Assembly: GCA_963663475.2 (NCBI GenBank)
Contig: CAXXJV010000001.1
Location: 2,464,001 to 2,528,000, forward strand
Reading direction: 5' to 3'
Length of the DNA stretch: 64,000 bases
Source of the DNA: Candidatus Cloacimonadales bacterium
GTDB lineage: Bacteria; Cloacimonadota; Cloacimonadia; Cloacimonadales; JAFGVF01
Positions 31,201-39,871 of the stretch are shown in pieces. The position numbers and the translations under genes were made by a program. Below the pieces are notes generated by a model. The model was not told where the DNA came from, did no database searches, and saw only the letters and a list, made by a program, of their open reading frames with translations. The first letter of the stretch is position 1, and every line of letters starts with the position of its first letter.

Positions 31201-33176
31201 TAGACATTAAGTGTCATGTCAGAATTACCTGCATCTAATCTAAGTCCAAATACTTTATCATTATTATCTTCAGTAACAGATATAAAGTTATTAATTATAT
31301 CAGCTGAAACTTTCTGAACTCTGATAGCATAGATATTTGCTGTGGCTTCTTTTAAACCATAAATGTGGTTATTTGTGATTTTAGCATTATTTGCTTCAGA
31401 ATTGTATTGAACATATACCCCATAAACAGCTACTTCTGGAGTATAATATTCTGAAGTATAAAAGATAGTATTATTATGAATAATGTTATCGTAAGAAGCA
31501 TCTCTTACATGGAAACCATAATTACCAAAGTTTGAGACATTAGCGTTTTTAATTGTGATGTTATTAGAAGCATATATGTAGTAAGCTCTATCATATTTAA
31601 TATCATCATCATTAGTATCAGTAATATCAATACTATCGAAAGTAATATAGGCAGCATTATTAAATTCAATTACATTTCCTTCTAAATAATTATAGTCAAT
31701 TAAAGGATTGTTACCTTCTCCGACTTTTTGGAAGATAATTGGATTTTCTTGACTACCAAGAGCTGTAATAGCTGATAGAGAATCTGTAAATATCTGACCA
31801 GCTTGAATATTATAAATGATACCACCTTGAGGAATGATACCATTATTTAAGGCTAAAATTGCATCTTGGATTGTTGTATAATCACCATTACCAGTATTAT
31901 CAATTACATATTCAGATTCTAGTAAGCTAACAAGTGGATTTTCGAGATTTTCATCAGCACCTATATATGGATAACTTGCATGACGCATTTCTCCATCAAA
32001 ATCATCAAGAACATTTTCTATTGGTAATGCAGTAAAAATTTGATTAGCTAAAGAACTTCCTGTAAGATGAAGATCTCCTTCCATAAATTCTACAAATTCA
32101 GGTAAGATTACTTGTGAAAGATTATCCATGCCAATTTCTGCTTGCCATTCTGCTAAATCAGTATATTCCACAGCTACCAGTCTTCCAAAGAAACCTTCTT
32201 GACTAGCTGCATAGTAGATATTATTATCTAATTGAACTTGTGGTTGTTGGAAGCTATACCAAAGAGCATACTGTTCCTCACCTAATCTGTTATTAACAAA
32301 TATATTATTCTTAACTATAACATCTCCAGCACCACCAGAAATATTGATACCATAACCAGAGTCACTAGAACTTCCAGCTAGATAAACACTATTATAATAG
32401 CATTCAATGCTTCTGTCAGCACGACCAACTATTCTTATACCATAAACTTTATCATTATTATCATAGGGTAATGAAATCATATTATTAGCACAGATGCCTG
32501 TAACTTGATTAAAATCAATACCATATATTGTTGAAGTTGCTTCTTTTATTCCATATATTTTATTCTTTAATACTTCAGCATTCTCTGCACCAGAATTATA
32601 GGCAATTTGAATACCATAAACAGAAGATTCAGATGTAAAGAAGTCTTCACTATAAAAGAGTTCATTATTAGTTATACTTGTGTTTGTTGTTGCACTTGAT
32701 GTTTTTACCCCATACTTATTAAAGTCCTGAATAATACAGTTCTTAATAGTAATATGGTCACTTGAATCAAGATAGAAACCACTTAAATACTTATCATCAT
32801 TAACTAGATTTGGATCTTGGATATGAATACCATCTACTGTTATATAAGCAGCTTGAGAAAAATTGAAGACATGATTATCAATTGTTTCATTGTAAATTAT
32901 TGGGTTAGCGCCTTCTCCACTTTTTTGAATCACAATTGGTGCAGCTTGTGTTGCAACAATAGTGATAGCTGGAAGGTCTTCTGTAAAGCTTTGTCCTGCA
33001 GTTACATTAATTATCAGTCCATCAGTTGGTAGTTCTGTCAAACCGTTAGCATAGTTGATAGCTTCAGTAATTGTTAAATAGTCGCCATTACCACTAGTAT
33101 CAACTGTTTTTACTTCTTGACCAAAAGCCAGTGTAAGTAAAGACAAGATAAATAATACAATAGTCACTCTTTTCAT
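28293..33176 (-). CDS. Large secreted protein: two tandem right-handed beta-helix modules, ASH/Ig-like domains, FG-GAP/VCBS repeats, FN3 and T9SS/FlgD-type CTD
   Basis: Duplicated ~400-aa module starting GNGDY.TI..AI and ending D.DG..R...PY.GADENLENPL; repeated D(Y/F)(N/D).DG..D motifs; CTD YPNPFNP...KMILMK. Confidence 0.85.
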   Translation of the reverse strand: MKRVTIVLFILSLLTLAFGQEVKTVDTSGNGDYLTITEAINYANGLTELPTDGLIINVTAGQSFTEDLPAITIVATQAAPIVIQKSGEGANPIIYNETIDNHVFNFSQAAYITVDGIHIQDPNLVNDDKYLSGFYLDSSDHITIKNCIIQDFNKYGVKTSSATTNTSITNNELFYSEDFFTSESSVYGIQIAYNSGAENAEVLKNKIYGIKEATSTIYGIDFNQVTGICANNMISLPYDNNDKVYGIRIVGRADRSIECYYNSVYLAGSSSDSGYGINISGGAGDVIVKNNIFVNNRLGEEQYALWYSFQQPQVQLDNNIYYAASQEGFFGRLVAVEYTDLAEWQAEIGMDNLSQVILPEFVEFMEGDLHLTGSSLANQIFTALPIENVLDDFDGEMRHASYPYIGADENLENPLVSLLESEYVIDNTGNGDYTTIQDAILALNNGIIPQGGIIYNIQAGQIFTDSLSAITALGSQENPIIFQKVGEGNNPLIDYNYLEGNVIEFNNAAYITFDSIDITDTNDDDIKYDRAYYIYASNNITIKNANVSNFGNYGFHVRDASYDNIIHNNTIFYTSEYYTPEVAVYGVYVQYNSEANNAKITNNHIYGLKEATANIYAIRVQKVSADIINNFISVTEDNNDKVFGLRLDAGNSDMTLNVYNNTVLLAGIGTDDDFCVQKTGTDGIINLKNNLFVNNRSGDNDHYVIDYTFGGGTWNADDNAYYCENGSIGSWINTDCPDLETWQTTSATDMNTSVFNAEFVSNYDLHLTGISLGDFALAGNPIDGVEYDIDGDLRHLVNPYKGADENLENPLNPEDQYSITVSPQALDFGTMYQGNGENILTFNILNSGIMPLTVDEITAPEYFNLQYDNDQWLSTLTDITIQPAETAVIQVKYANNVSGTVNDSLMISSNSVADPQVYVDLLANSITAEVEYSAESITFPATINGSQSPIMSMQIINLNEMPINFETVTVSDNFLIGLAGQVTGQTLNDLVLEDTLTISLAMNFPESGNHSGQLEIHSQLLHADDTGHIIELLGETYSFGFQDINAGMEGFWQSETEAGDYDNDGDYDILATGYVVDSNTSAITIYKNNGDGQFERLELGLDGTGFGCVDWIDLDNDNDLDIYTSGQYEQNNYISRVYVNENGTYTEVETNLPPLKGSNTDWKDYNGDGLLDVLYTGVLDLEIGDVDYTRIYVNQGNYQFEMIAPEVHQLSSGDAKFADFNNDGLLDIATAGRVDSWDWRVSVWKNEGNNEFTEIDLGIEGVRYTVVEWGDYNNDGLMDLFVTGSIQLEIPSVLYILRNNGDDTFTNINLPENETYIAGIRQGDMKIHDLNSDGLLDVIVNGVQNQEWWTGQVHFYQGNDTFTYADSLDALKYGELTMIDYNGDGNSDVLLTGRYDYLDYYCNLYENQTELSNSAPQAPAMLSAVVEDDMVALEWGMGSDNETPQLGLTYNIKVGTSSGGNEIFSSMATNDGFLLKPHNGNMLNSLACSINNLQNGTYYVSVQTIDNSYVGSAFSDEISFEITNGIVSNDSDIVPMITRLNKNYPNPFNPETTISFDINKSQHVKLEIYNVRGQKVKTLCNDNLQAGNHKYIWNGRDQNNNKVASGVYFAKMTSKSLTKTQKMILMK

Positions 33177-33178
33177 TT

Positions 33179-34000
33179 TTATTCTCCTTTAATTGTTTTC
33201 AAATATGTTTTAAGAGGAATACCCTCATCAAAATAACTGTGAAATGTTTTTACATACATCTTCGCTAATTGTGGATTATCAACAAACATTGAAGTATGGG
33301 TTGTCAGTAGAGCATCTTTGTTAGTTATGCTCAAAATAACTTTTTTCCTATCTAGAACAACTAATTTTGTATGTACTTCATCAACAACTCTTACCTCTGC
33401 CCCATTTTCTTCCCATAATTCTAAGAAATGCACAAATTCTGGATTTTTCATATCAGCCTTTTCAGTAACAAATTTGTATTTGAGACCTGGATAATAGGCA
33501 ACCTTACCCCGTTTTTGAACAGCCGAGAAATCAATGACATAAGGAGCTTTATTCATAGTAAGAATTTCCTCTTTAACATCTTTACCATATTCATTGATCT
33601 TTTCTAATATTTCATTATTACCGACAATTACTTCAATATGCTTGGAAGGATCATCATTACCTTCTTGTGAAAGTTCGTAAATTGGTTCAAGCTCTTCAGA
33701 CAAAAGATTGATACTCTTTACCTTTTTCTCATACTCTTCTTTGTTTTTTTCTAATAAATTGTTAAAAGCAAAACGAGGATTAATTGCATTAAATCTTTTA
33801 ATTTTATCATCATCAGATTTTTTACAAAATCCTTTATCATGCAATAAATTAATAACTTCATAAACTCTAGTTCGAGGAACATTTGCTAGATTAGCTAGCT
33901 CTGTAGCAGCTAAATCTGGCTTTTGAAGCAAAACATGATAGACGCTTGCTTCGTATTTTGTTAATCCAATATTGATTAATCTTTCAATGATATCAGGCAT
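33179..34000 (-). CDS. TrmB family transcriptional regulator
   Basis: GLTKYEASVY..LL...ATELA..ANVPRTRVYEV...L..KGF wHTH; C-terminal PLD-like effector domain HTKLVVLD. ATG at 34000 is better spaced from the GGGAG RBS than GTG at 34006. Confidence 0.92.
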   Translation of the reverse strand: MPDIIERLINIGLTKYEASVYHVLLQKPDLAATELANLANVPRTRVYEVINLLHDKGFCKKSDDDKIKRFNAINPRFAFNNLLEKNKEEYEKKVKSINLLSEELEPIYELSQEGNDDPSKHIEVIVGNNEILEKINEYGKDVKEEILTMNKAPYVIDFSAVQKRGKVAYYPGLKYKFVTEKADMKNPEFVHFLELWEENGAEVRVVDEVHTKLVVLDRKKVILSITNKDALLTTHTSMFVDNPQLAKMYVKTFHSYFDEGIPLKTYLKTIKGE

Positions 34001-34064
34001 TTTCACTCCCTTTTATATCTTATGGACAAATAATATAAAGCAAAAATAATTAGTCAATATATTT

Positions 34065-34084
34065 TTGTAACTTTTTAGTTACAA
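34065..34084. promoter_or_regulatory. Palindromic candidate operator upstream of the trmB promoter (-35 TTGACT at 34052-34057, minus strand)
   Basis: ttgtaact-tttt-agttacaa perfect inverted repeat 7 bp upstream of the -35 hexamer. Confidence 0.45.
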
Positions 34085-34152
34085 CAACAATAAATCCACT
34101 TTCTAAGCCTGTTAAGCTTGTCTTTTTTTTTAATCTTGCTCTGGGAAACAAA

Positions 34153-36985
34153 TATCCCTTTCAGGGATTTTTGATGAATCAATATAGTAATGAAATATTC
34201 TCATTTTCCTATATTATTCCCACCAGACTCGAACTTGAGCCTTTCATAATATTCTAGACAAGTAAAAAGCCTCGCTGTTCAGCGAGGCTTTAACTTGATT
34301 ACTATCGTTTATTTCATTAAAATCATTTTCTTAGTTGAGCTAAATTTGCCATTTCTCATTTTATAGAAATAAAGGCCAGAAGCTACAGCTTTATTATTAT
34401 CATCTCTACCATTCCAAACAACACTATGGTTACCAGCATTTCTATAGTCATTAAGGAGAGTTTTTACCTTCTGTCCTTTAACATTATAGATATCAATTGA
34501 GACATTACCAGCTTCTTTAGTAGTAAAGGCAATTGAAGTTTCTGGATTAAATGGGTTTGGATAATTTTGAGCTAATGAATTTATTTGTGGAATGTCTTCG
34601 ACATGTTCATTATCAACACCGTCAGGAGTAGAGTCTATTCTGAAGTTATCAACCATAAAGATAAAGGCATCATTACTTATACATTCAATTGCAAATCTTG
34701 CAGTTGTACCAGCAAGTTCACTAACATTGAAGTTGTAAAGAGTCCATTCAGTTGGTGCTTCTAAATAATCAATACCTTGGTGAAGTGAATATTGGAAATC
34801 ACTAACTTCACTACCACCAAGAGACATCTTAACTCTGAATTTTTCTAAACCAAACTCATCAGTATAAGACTTTGCATAGAAGGAAACAACTGATGTTGTT
34901 CCGACTGTGAATCTATGTGTAATTATCCAGTCATCATTCTGTCCTTCTGTAGAAGCAAATGATGTTAAGAATTTATCTCCACTTTGAGGAATCATATCTT
35001 CGATAGGTGGAATAGTTGCTGAAGGATTAAAGACCATATAAGACATTGCTGAACCAGCATTACCGTAATCAACATTACTGATAGTATAAGTAGTTCCACC
35101 ATCTATATCATATTGAATCCAACCAGGTAAGTTAAGGGTAAAGTCTTCATGATCATCAAAATCATCTCCCCATAATGGTTCACCGATATTATAGTAGATA
35201 ATAATAGCAGTATTTGATGGTAGAGAGAAACCTTCAGGATCTTCATACATACCAACAACATGATAGTGGTATTCTGTACCTACAACCACATTAGCATCAT
35301 GGTAAAGATTAGTTCCTATTGGGATCATTTCTTCAGTAATAACTTGACCATCTCTATAAATATGATAACCTGTTAGGTATCTTTCATAAGGAGGTTCAAC
35401 CCAGGTTAATGCAACATAACCAGATTGATTAGAAGCTTCTAAGTTTAGAGGTGAATTGAAATCATAGTTATAATTAGCATCAACATAGAGATTATACAAT
35501 CCTGTATCTTCTCTAGTTAATCTTTCATTTTCTCCATTCTCATTCTTTCTTGTGTGAGGAGGTGTTACACCTTGAGGGTAAACATTAGATTTGGCTACTC
35601 TAAGGAAGTAGTTACCACTTTGAGGTAGAACAAATTCAATACTTGAGCCATTATCAAGATAAACAGCTGGGTCAATTTCACTAGCATCGTTAGCTGGACC
35701 ATAAAGCCACATAGAAGGATTTACATCTGAGCCACCAGCATCTTCTACTGAGCAAAGTAGAGTATCACTAATACCCATTGCAGGGATTAGATACCAATCA
35801 ATATCACCAATAGGCATAATAGCATAAGTATCACCATCAACAGGAAGAGTTAGTGTTGTAGCATCTTCTGGAACATCATTATTATCATCAGCATAAGCGT
35901 AACCAGAAATAACAACTTCATGAGTAACTCTAGTTGCATCATCAACTATTTGGATGGTAGCAGACTTCGTTCCTTCTGAGTTAGGAGTGAAAGCTACACC
36001 AATAGTAGCAATATCATTGAAAGGTAATACTAAAGGATAAGTATTATTATCTGTTGTTATTGTAAATTGATCTGCATCATCTCCACCTAAAGTTGGAGCA
36101 TTAGCAATTGTTACATCTTGGAGACCAATAGATCTCATGGTAATAGTCTTTTCAACTGAAGTCCCATCTACAGGAGTCATATCAAATAGACTATTAGTAG
36201 GATAAACTGTTAAATCTGGAGCATCAGGAATAGCACCAAACTCAAGTTGAATATTTGCATATGAATTACGTTGGTAGTTAGCTGTAGGTGGTTCAGCAGG
36301 ATCTGGTACAGTAGAATCACTATAATAAACAAGAGATCTTGTTAAATCACTAGCTGTACAATAGAATTCATCATTAGAGTCGTGATACTGAGGAACAGTA
36401 TGGAAAACGCCTACAACTAAGTTTTGACTATTATCATAGATAAATGGAATATCTAATTCAAATTCCACCCAACCATCTTCTTGTGGAACTGTAATACTAC
36501 CATTATAAACTTCCATTAGAGATTCAAAGCTAATCCAGGAATCTCCATCAGCGAAATCAACTTCTGAGGTTAAGCCCATGTAGATTTTCATATCATCTGG
36601 ACCCCAAGCTGAGTTACCATTATAATGCCAAGAGATCTTTTCAATACGTTGATCAGCAATACCAATCTCACCTGCGTAATAAATACTTTGTGACCAAGTA
36701 TGTCTATACCATGGTTCAAAAGGTATGCTTTGACCTGTTAGTTCACCATTACCAATGATAGCAATATTATCAGGTAAAGCAGGAAGGATAAAGGCACTTG
36801 TAGCAATTTCTATGGAAGGTATAGCAGTATCATTAGATAGAATGTTAAAGCTTCCACTATAGGCACCTTCTGCTATTGGAGTAAGATTTACTTCAACAAT
36901 TTGAGTTTCATTAGGAGCAATTGTTAATTCATTAGGTATAAATGTTAATGCATCTCCGTCTTGAGAGAAGTCGATTTCTAAAGGT
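34153..36985. repeat. ~2.8-kb near-identical direct repeat, copy A (copy B 39716-42548); its 3'-gene part also repeats at 45976-~47910
   Basis: Constant offset of 5563 bp; includes ~155 bp of non-coding DNA downstream of the stop. Confidence 0.95.
34264..34291 (-). terminator. Intrinsic terminator of paralog A
   Basis: aaaaagcctcgctg-tt-cagcgaggcttt. Confidence 0.85.
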
Positions 36986-39321
36986 AAAGTACCAATATTT
37001 TGAATATTAAGTAATGCTAGACCAGTTCTATTAAGATAAACATCTCCAAAGTTAAGTGCTTCTTGAGCTACTTGTATCATAGGACCAGAAGGAATTGATT
37101 CTATGACAAAATTATCAATATAAACTGAAAGGTATGTATCACCTGAACCGACATATTTCATAGCAATAAACTGATCATCTGCTGGAGCAATATCAAGTCC
37201 CTGTTGATAATATTGGTAATCCGATGAGCAAGAGATTGTATCAAGGGCTGTAAATTCAATATCACCAGAGTTACTATTAGTAGTTCCAAGGATAAGTTCT
37301 TCACCAACATCACCTGAATAGATCATAAAACGTACTCTTCTTGTATTAAGTTCACTTACAGGAGGTGTAATAGCAATAATTTCTGCTGCTGCATCCCCTG
37401 AGTTATATAATCTGAGAGCATTATCTCCTTCGTATGGATATATAGTAGTAACTCCAGCTCCTGCATAATCTGAAGTGCTTGAAACTACACTAGTCCAATC
37501 TTGTGGTAATTCAAGGGATTCTAGTTCTTCAAATCCCTCAAAATGTGGGAATTCTATAATCATATCATCATAACCTATTCCATTTAGTGGAATATATGTG
37601 TTACCATTAGTTGCATCATTTATAACAATATTATCTTCCAAATTTCCAACAGATTGTGGGTTAAAAGCAACAGAAAATTGGGCAATATTATCAGTAAGCT
37701 CTAAAGGGTATGTATTAGAATCATTTAGAAGAAAATCAATATCTGTATCTAAAGAAACACTATTAATTACTAGAGTACCAAGTCCAGTATTTCTCATAGT
37801 AAAAATCACAGAGTTAGTAACACTATTAATAATAGTTTCTTCCCAACTGAATTGATTTGGTGTTATCATTAATTGTGGTTCTGTAGGAACGTCACCAATA
37901 GTAAGAAGAACATTAGCAATGATATTTTGGACAGTGCCAGTAGGCGGTGTAACAAAATCATGATCGTTCCCATCATCATAGTGATATATACTCTTATTAC
38001 CAGTCACAAGTGAACCATAAAATTCATCACTATATGAAGTATATCCATCACTATTAGCTTCAAAAGCAATGACTAGATTATCACTATTGTTATAGTTAAA
38101 AGGCATAGTAAGAGGGATTGTTACCCAGCCTTCTTCAGCTGGAACAGAGAAAGGACCATCATAAGCTAGAACAAGATCATCAACAGATATCCAAGAATCG
38201 CCATCGATAAATTCATCAACTTGAGTATGGCCTAAGTAGATTTGAATATTATTTTCTGTCCAAGCCCCATTACCATTGTAGTAATATGAAATTTCTTCAA
38301 TTCTTTGATTATCAACATTTATCCATTCTTGATCATAAATTGTTTGACTTAGGGTATAGCCATAATAAGGTTCCATTGGGAGATGGGTATCAGTTTGGTC
38401 ACCTGAACCAATAATAATAGCATTTTCATCTCCACTAGAGCCAAAAAACCAGATAGGTGATGGTGTAAGATAATCATTTAAATTATTACCTGCTACAACC
38501 CTCCAATAATATGTTGATAATGAATTTAGTTCATCTATTTGAATTGATTCTTGTGTATACTCTTCAGTTATTAGTGCAGATTGAACCATTTCATTTACAT
38601 CACTTAAATTATCACTAAAATATACATTCACCCAATCTGTTAATTCACCAATTTCCCATGTTAGTTCAACTGGTGCATCTATATTAAAACTACCGTTTGC
38701 AGGAGTAACTAAAACAGGAATTTCAGGCTCATTTTCATCTGTAAAATGAAATCTTGTATTAGGATAAAGTGAAGAGATAATACCATCTGCCACAGGGAAA
38801 AAACTATCAGCATAATTATAGCAGGCTCTTGCAGGATCAGCAGAGCTAGCAGTAAATAATGGTTCGTCACTTTGATAAGAACCATCATTATTAAAGACTA
38901 ATATTTCTAAATTATCTGTACCATTATAAGAAAATGTTACATCTAAAGGAAGATCATACCAACCAGTCCCATGATAAGTTAAAGTTCCACTATAAACTAG
39001 AACATAGTCCTCATCAGTTTCAGGATCAACATAATTTGTAGCAGAAAAACTGTCTTCTGTAGTATGTTTAATATAGAAAGCTTGATTTTGCATTTCATAG
39101 TTAACAGGTGAGTTATTTAAATGATAACTTATAGTGTGAATATCCATTTCATTTTCTAAGTCTTCAGCCAAATAAATTGTTCTAGACCAACCATTGTCAT
39201 AAAACCCGTAGGCAGGGATAAAACTTGTTGTTTCACTTCCATTACCGACTTCAATAAAGACAGCATTTAAGGATGCTATCAATAACATTAATACAGTGAA
39301 AAATAATATTTTCTTTTTCAT
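34309..39321 (-). CDS. Large secreted adhesin-like protein, paralog A (three repeated N-terminal modules, ASH/choice-of-anchor D, FN3, cleaved-adhesin/choice-of-anchor J, T9SS/FlgD-type CTD)
   Basis: Signal peptide; MRNTGLGTL.I ASH-like repeats; LPGW.QYD.DG...NDDWIIT...VSFYAKS cleaved-adhesin pattern; CTD. AGGAG abuts the GTG, so the ATG at 39321 is the likely start. Confidence 0.85.
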   Translation of the reverse strand: MKKKILFFTVLMLLIASLNAVFIEVGNGSETTSFIPAYGFYDNGWSRTIYLAEDLENEMDIHTISYHLNNSPVNYEMQNQAFYIKHTTEDSFSATNYVDPETDEDYVLVYSGTLTYHGTGWYDLPLDVTFSYNGTDNLEILVFNNDGSYQSDEPLFTASSADPARACYNYADSFFPVADGIISSLYPNTRFHFTDENEPEIPVLVTPANGSFNIDAPVELTWEIGELTDWVNVYFSDNLSDVNEMVQSALITEEYTQESIQIDELNSLSTYYWRVVAGNNLNDYLTPSPIWFFGSSGDENAIIIGSGDQTDTHLPMEPYYGYTLSQTIYDQEWINVDNQRIEEISYYYNGNGAWTENNIQIYLGHTQVDEFIDGDSWISVDDLVLAYDGPFSVPAEEGWVTIPLTMPFNYNNSDNLVIAFEANSDGYTSYSDEFYGSLVTGNKSIYHYDDGNDHDFVTPPTGTVQNIIANVLLTIGDVPTEPQLMITPNQFSWEETIINSVTNSVIFTMRNTGLGTLVINSVSLDTDIDFLLNDSNTYPLELTDNIAQFSVAFNPQSVGNLEDNIVINDATNGNTYIPLNGIGYDDMIIEFPHFEGFEELESLELPQDWTSVVSSTSDYAGAGVTTIYPYEGDNALRLYNSGDAAAEIIAITPPVSELNTRRVRFMIYSGDVGEELILGTTNSNSGDIEFTALDTISCSSDYQYYQQGLDIAPADDQFIAMKYVGSGDTYLSVYIDNFVIESIPSGPMIQVAQEALNFGDVYLNRTGLALLNIQNIGTLPLEIDFSQDGDALTFIPNELTIAPNETQIVEVNLTPIAEGAYSGSFNILSNDTAIPSIEIATSAFILPALPDNIAIIGNGELTGQSIPFEPWYRHTWSQSIYYAGEIGIADQRIEKISWHYNGNSAWGPDDMKIYMGLTSEVDFADGDSWISFESLMEVYNGSITVPQEDGWVEFELDIPFIYDNSQNLVVGVFHTVPQYHDSNDEFYCTASDLTRSLVYYSDSTVPDPAEPPTANYQRNSYANIQLEFGAIPDAPDLTVYPTNSLFDMTPVDGTSVEKTITMRSIGLQDVTIANAPTLGGDDADQFTITTDNNTYPLVLPFNDIATIGVAFTPNSEGTKSATIQIVDDATRVTHEVVISGYAYADDNNDVPEDATTLTLPVDGDTYAIMPIGDIDWYLIPAMGISDTLLCSVEDAGGSDVNPSMWLYGPANDASEIDPAVYLDNGSSIEFVLPQSGNYFLRVAKSNVYPQGVTPPHTRKNENGENERLTREDTGLYNLYVDANYNYDFNSPLNLEASNQSGYVALTWVEPPYERYLTGYHIYRDGQVITEEMIPIGTNLYHDANVVVGTEYHYHVVGMYEDPEGFSLPSNTAIIIYYNIGEPLWGDDFDDHEDFTLNLPGWIQYDIDGGTTYTISNVDYGNAGSAMSYMVFNPSATIPPIEDMIPQSGDKFLTSFASTEGQNDDWIITHRFTVGTTSVVSFYAKSYTDEFGLEKFRVKMSLGGSEVSDFQYSLHQGIDYLEAPTEWTLYNFNVSELAGTTARFAIECISNDAFIFMVDNFRIDSTPDGVDNEHVEDIPQINSLAQNYPNPFNPETSIAFTTKEAGNVSIDIYNVKGQKVKTLLNDYRNAGNHSVVWNGRDDNNKAVASGLYFYKMRNGKFSSTKKMILMK

Positions 39322-39556
39322 AGTCACTCCTCTATAATTATAATTTGTGCTTTTTCCCTAAGATTATTATCTTATAAACTCTATCTTAAGTTTATATATA
39401 GTTCAATTTTCCATTTATCAGTAAATCTAGTCAATATTATTTTTGTTAATTTTGAGTTTACAAATCTAAAATTTAATAAATATCTACTAAACTATGATTA
39501 TTTGTTTTTATTAATAACAATATTTGTATTTTTAAAAACACACTCTGCATTTATTT

Positions 39557-39730
39557 ATTATCCCGAATAGTGCTATTCTCAAAGATCTATTGCATTATTT
39601 GGGATAATACATTATTTATCATTTTATTAAACCCTTACAGGGTAATATCTTTGGGCTAGCCATCATTACCTAGGCTTGCGATACTTTCAGCATCTTACCC
39701 TGGGCTAAATTATTTTATCCCTTTCAGGGA
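39557..39730. repeat. Intergenic hairpin and REP-like cluster
   Basis: Hairpin attatcccgaatagtgc..gcattatttgggataat, in which 39567-39603 is the exact reverse complement of 24984-25020; REP-like acccttacagggt, cctaggc..ccctgggct and tccctttcaggga. Confidence 0.75.
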
Positions 39731-39826
39731 TTTTTGATGAATCAATATAGTAATGAAATATTCTCATTTCCCTATATTATTCCCACTAGACTCGGACTTG
39801 AGCCTTTCATAATATCCTAGACAAGT

Positions 39827-39854
39827 AAAAAGCCTCGCTGTTCAGCGAGGCTTT
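39827..39854 (-). terminator. Intrinsic terminator of paralog B
   Basis: Identical to the hairpin at 34264-34291. Confidence 0.85.
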
Positions 39855-39871
39855 AACTTGATTACTATCGT

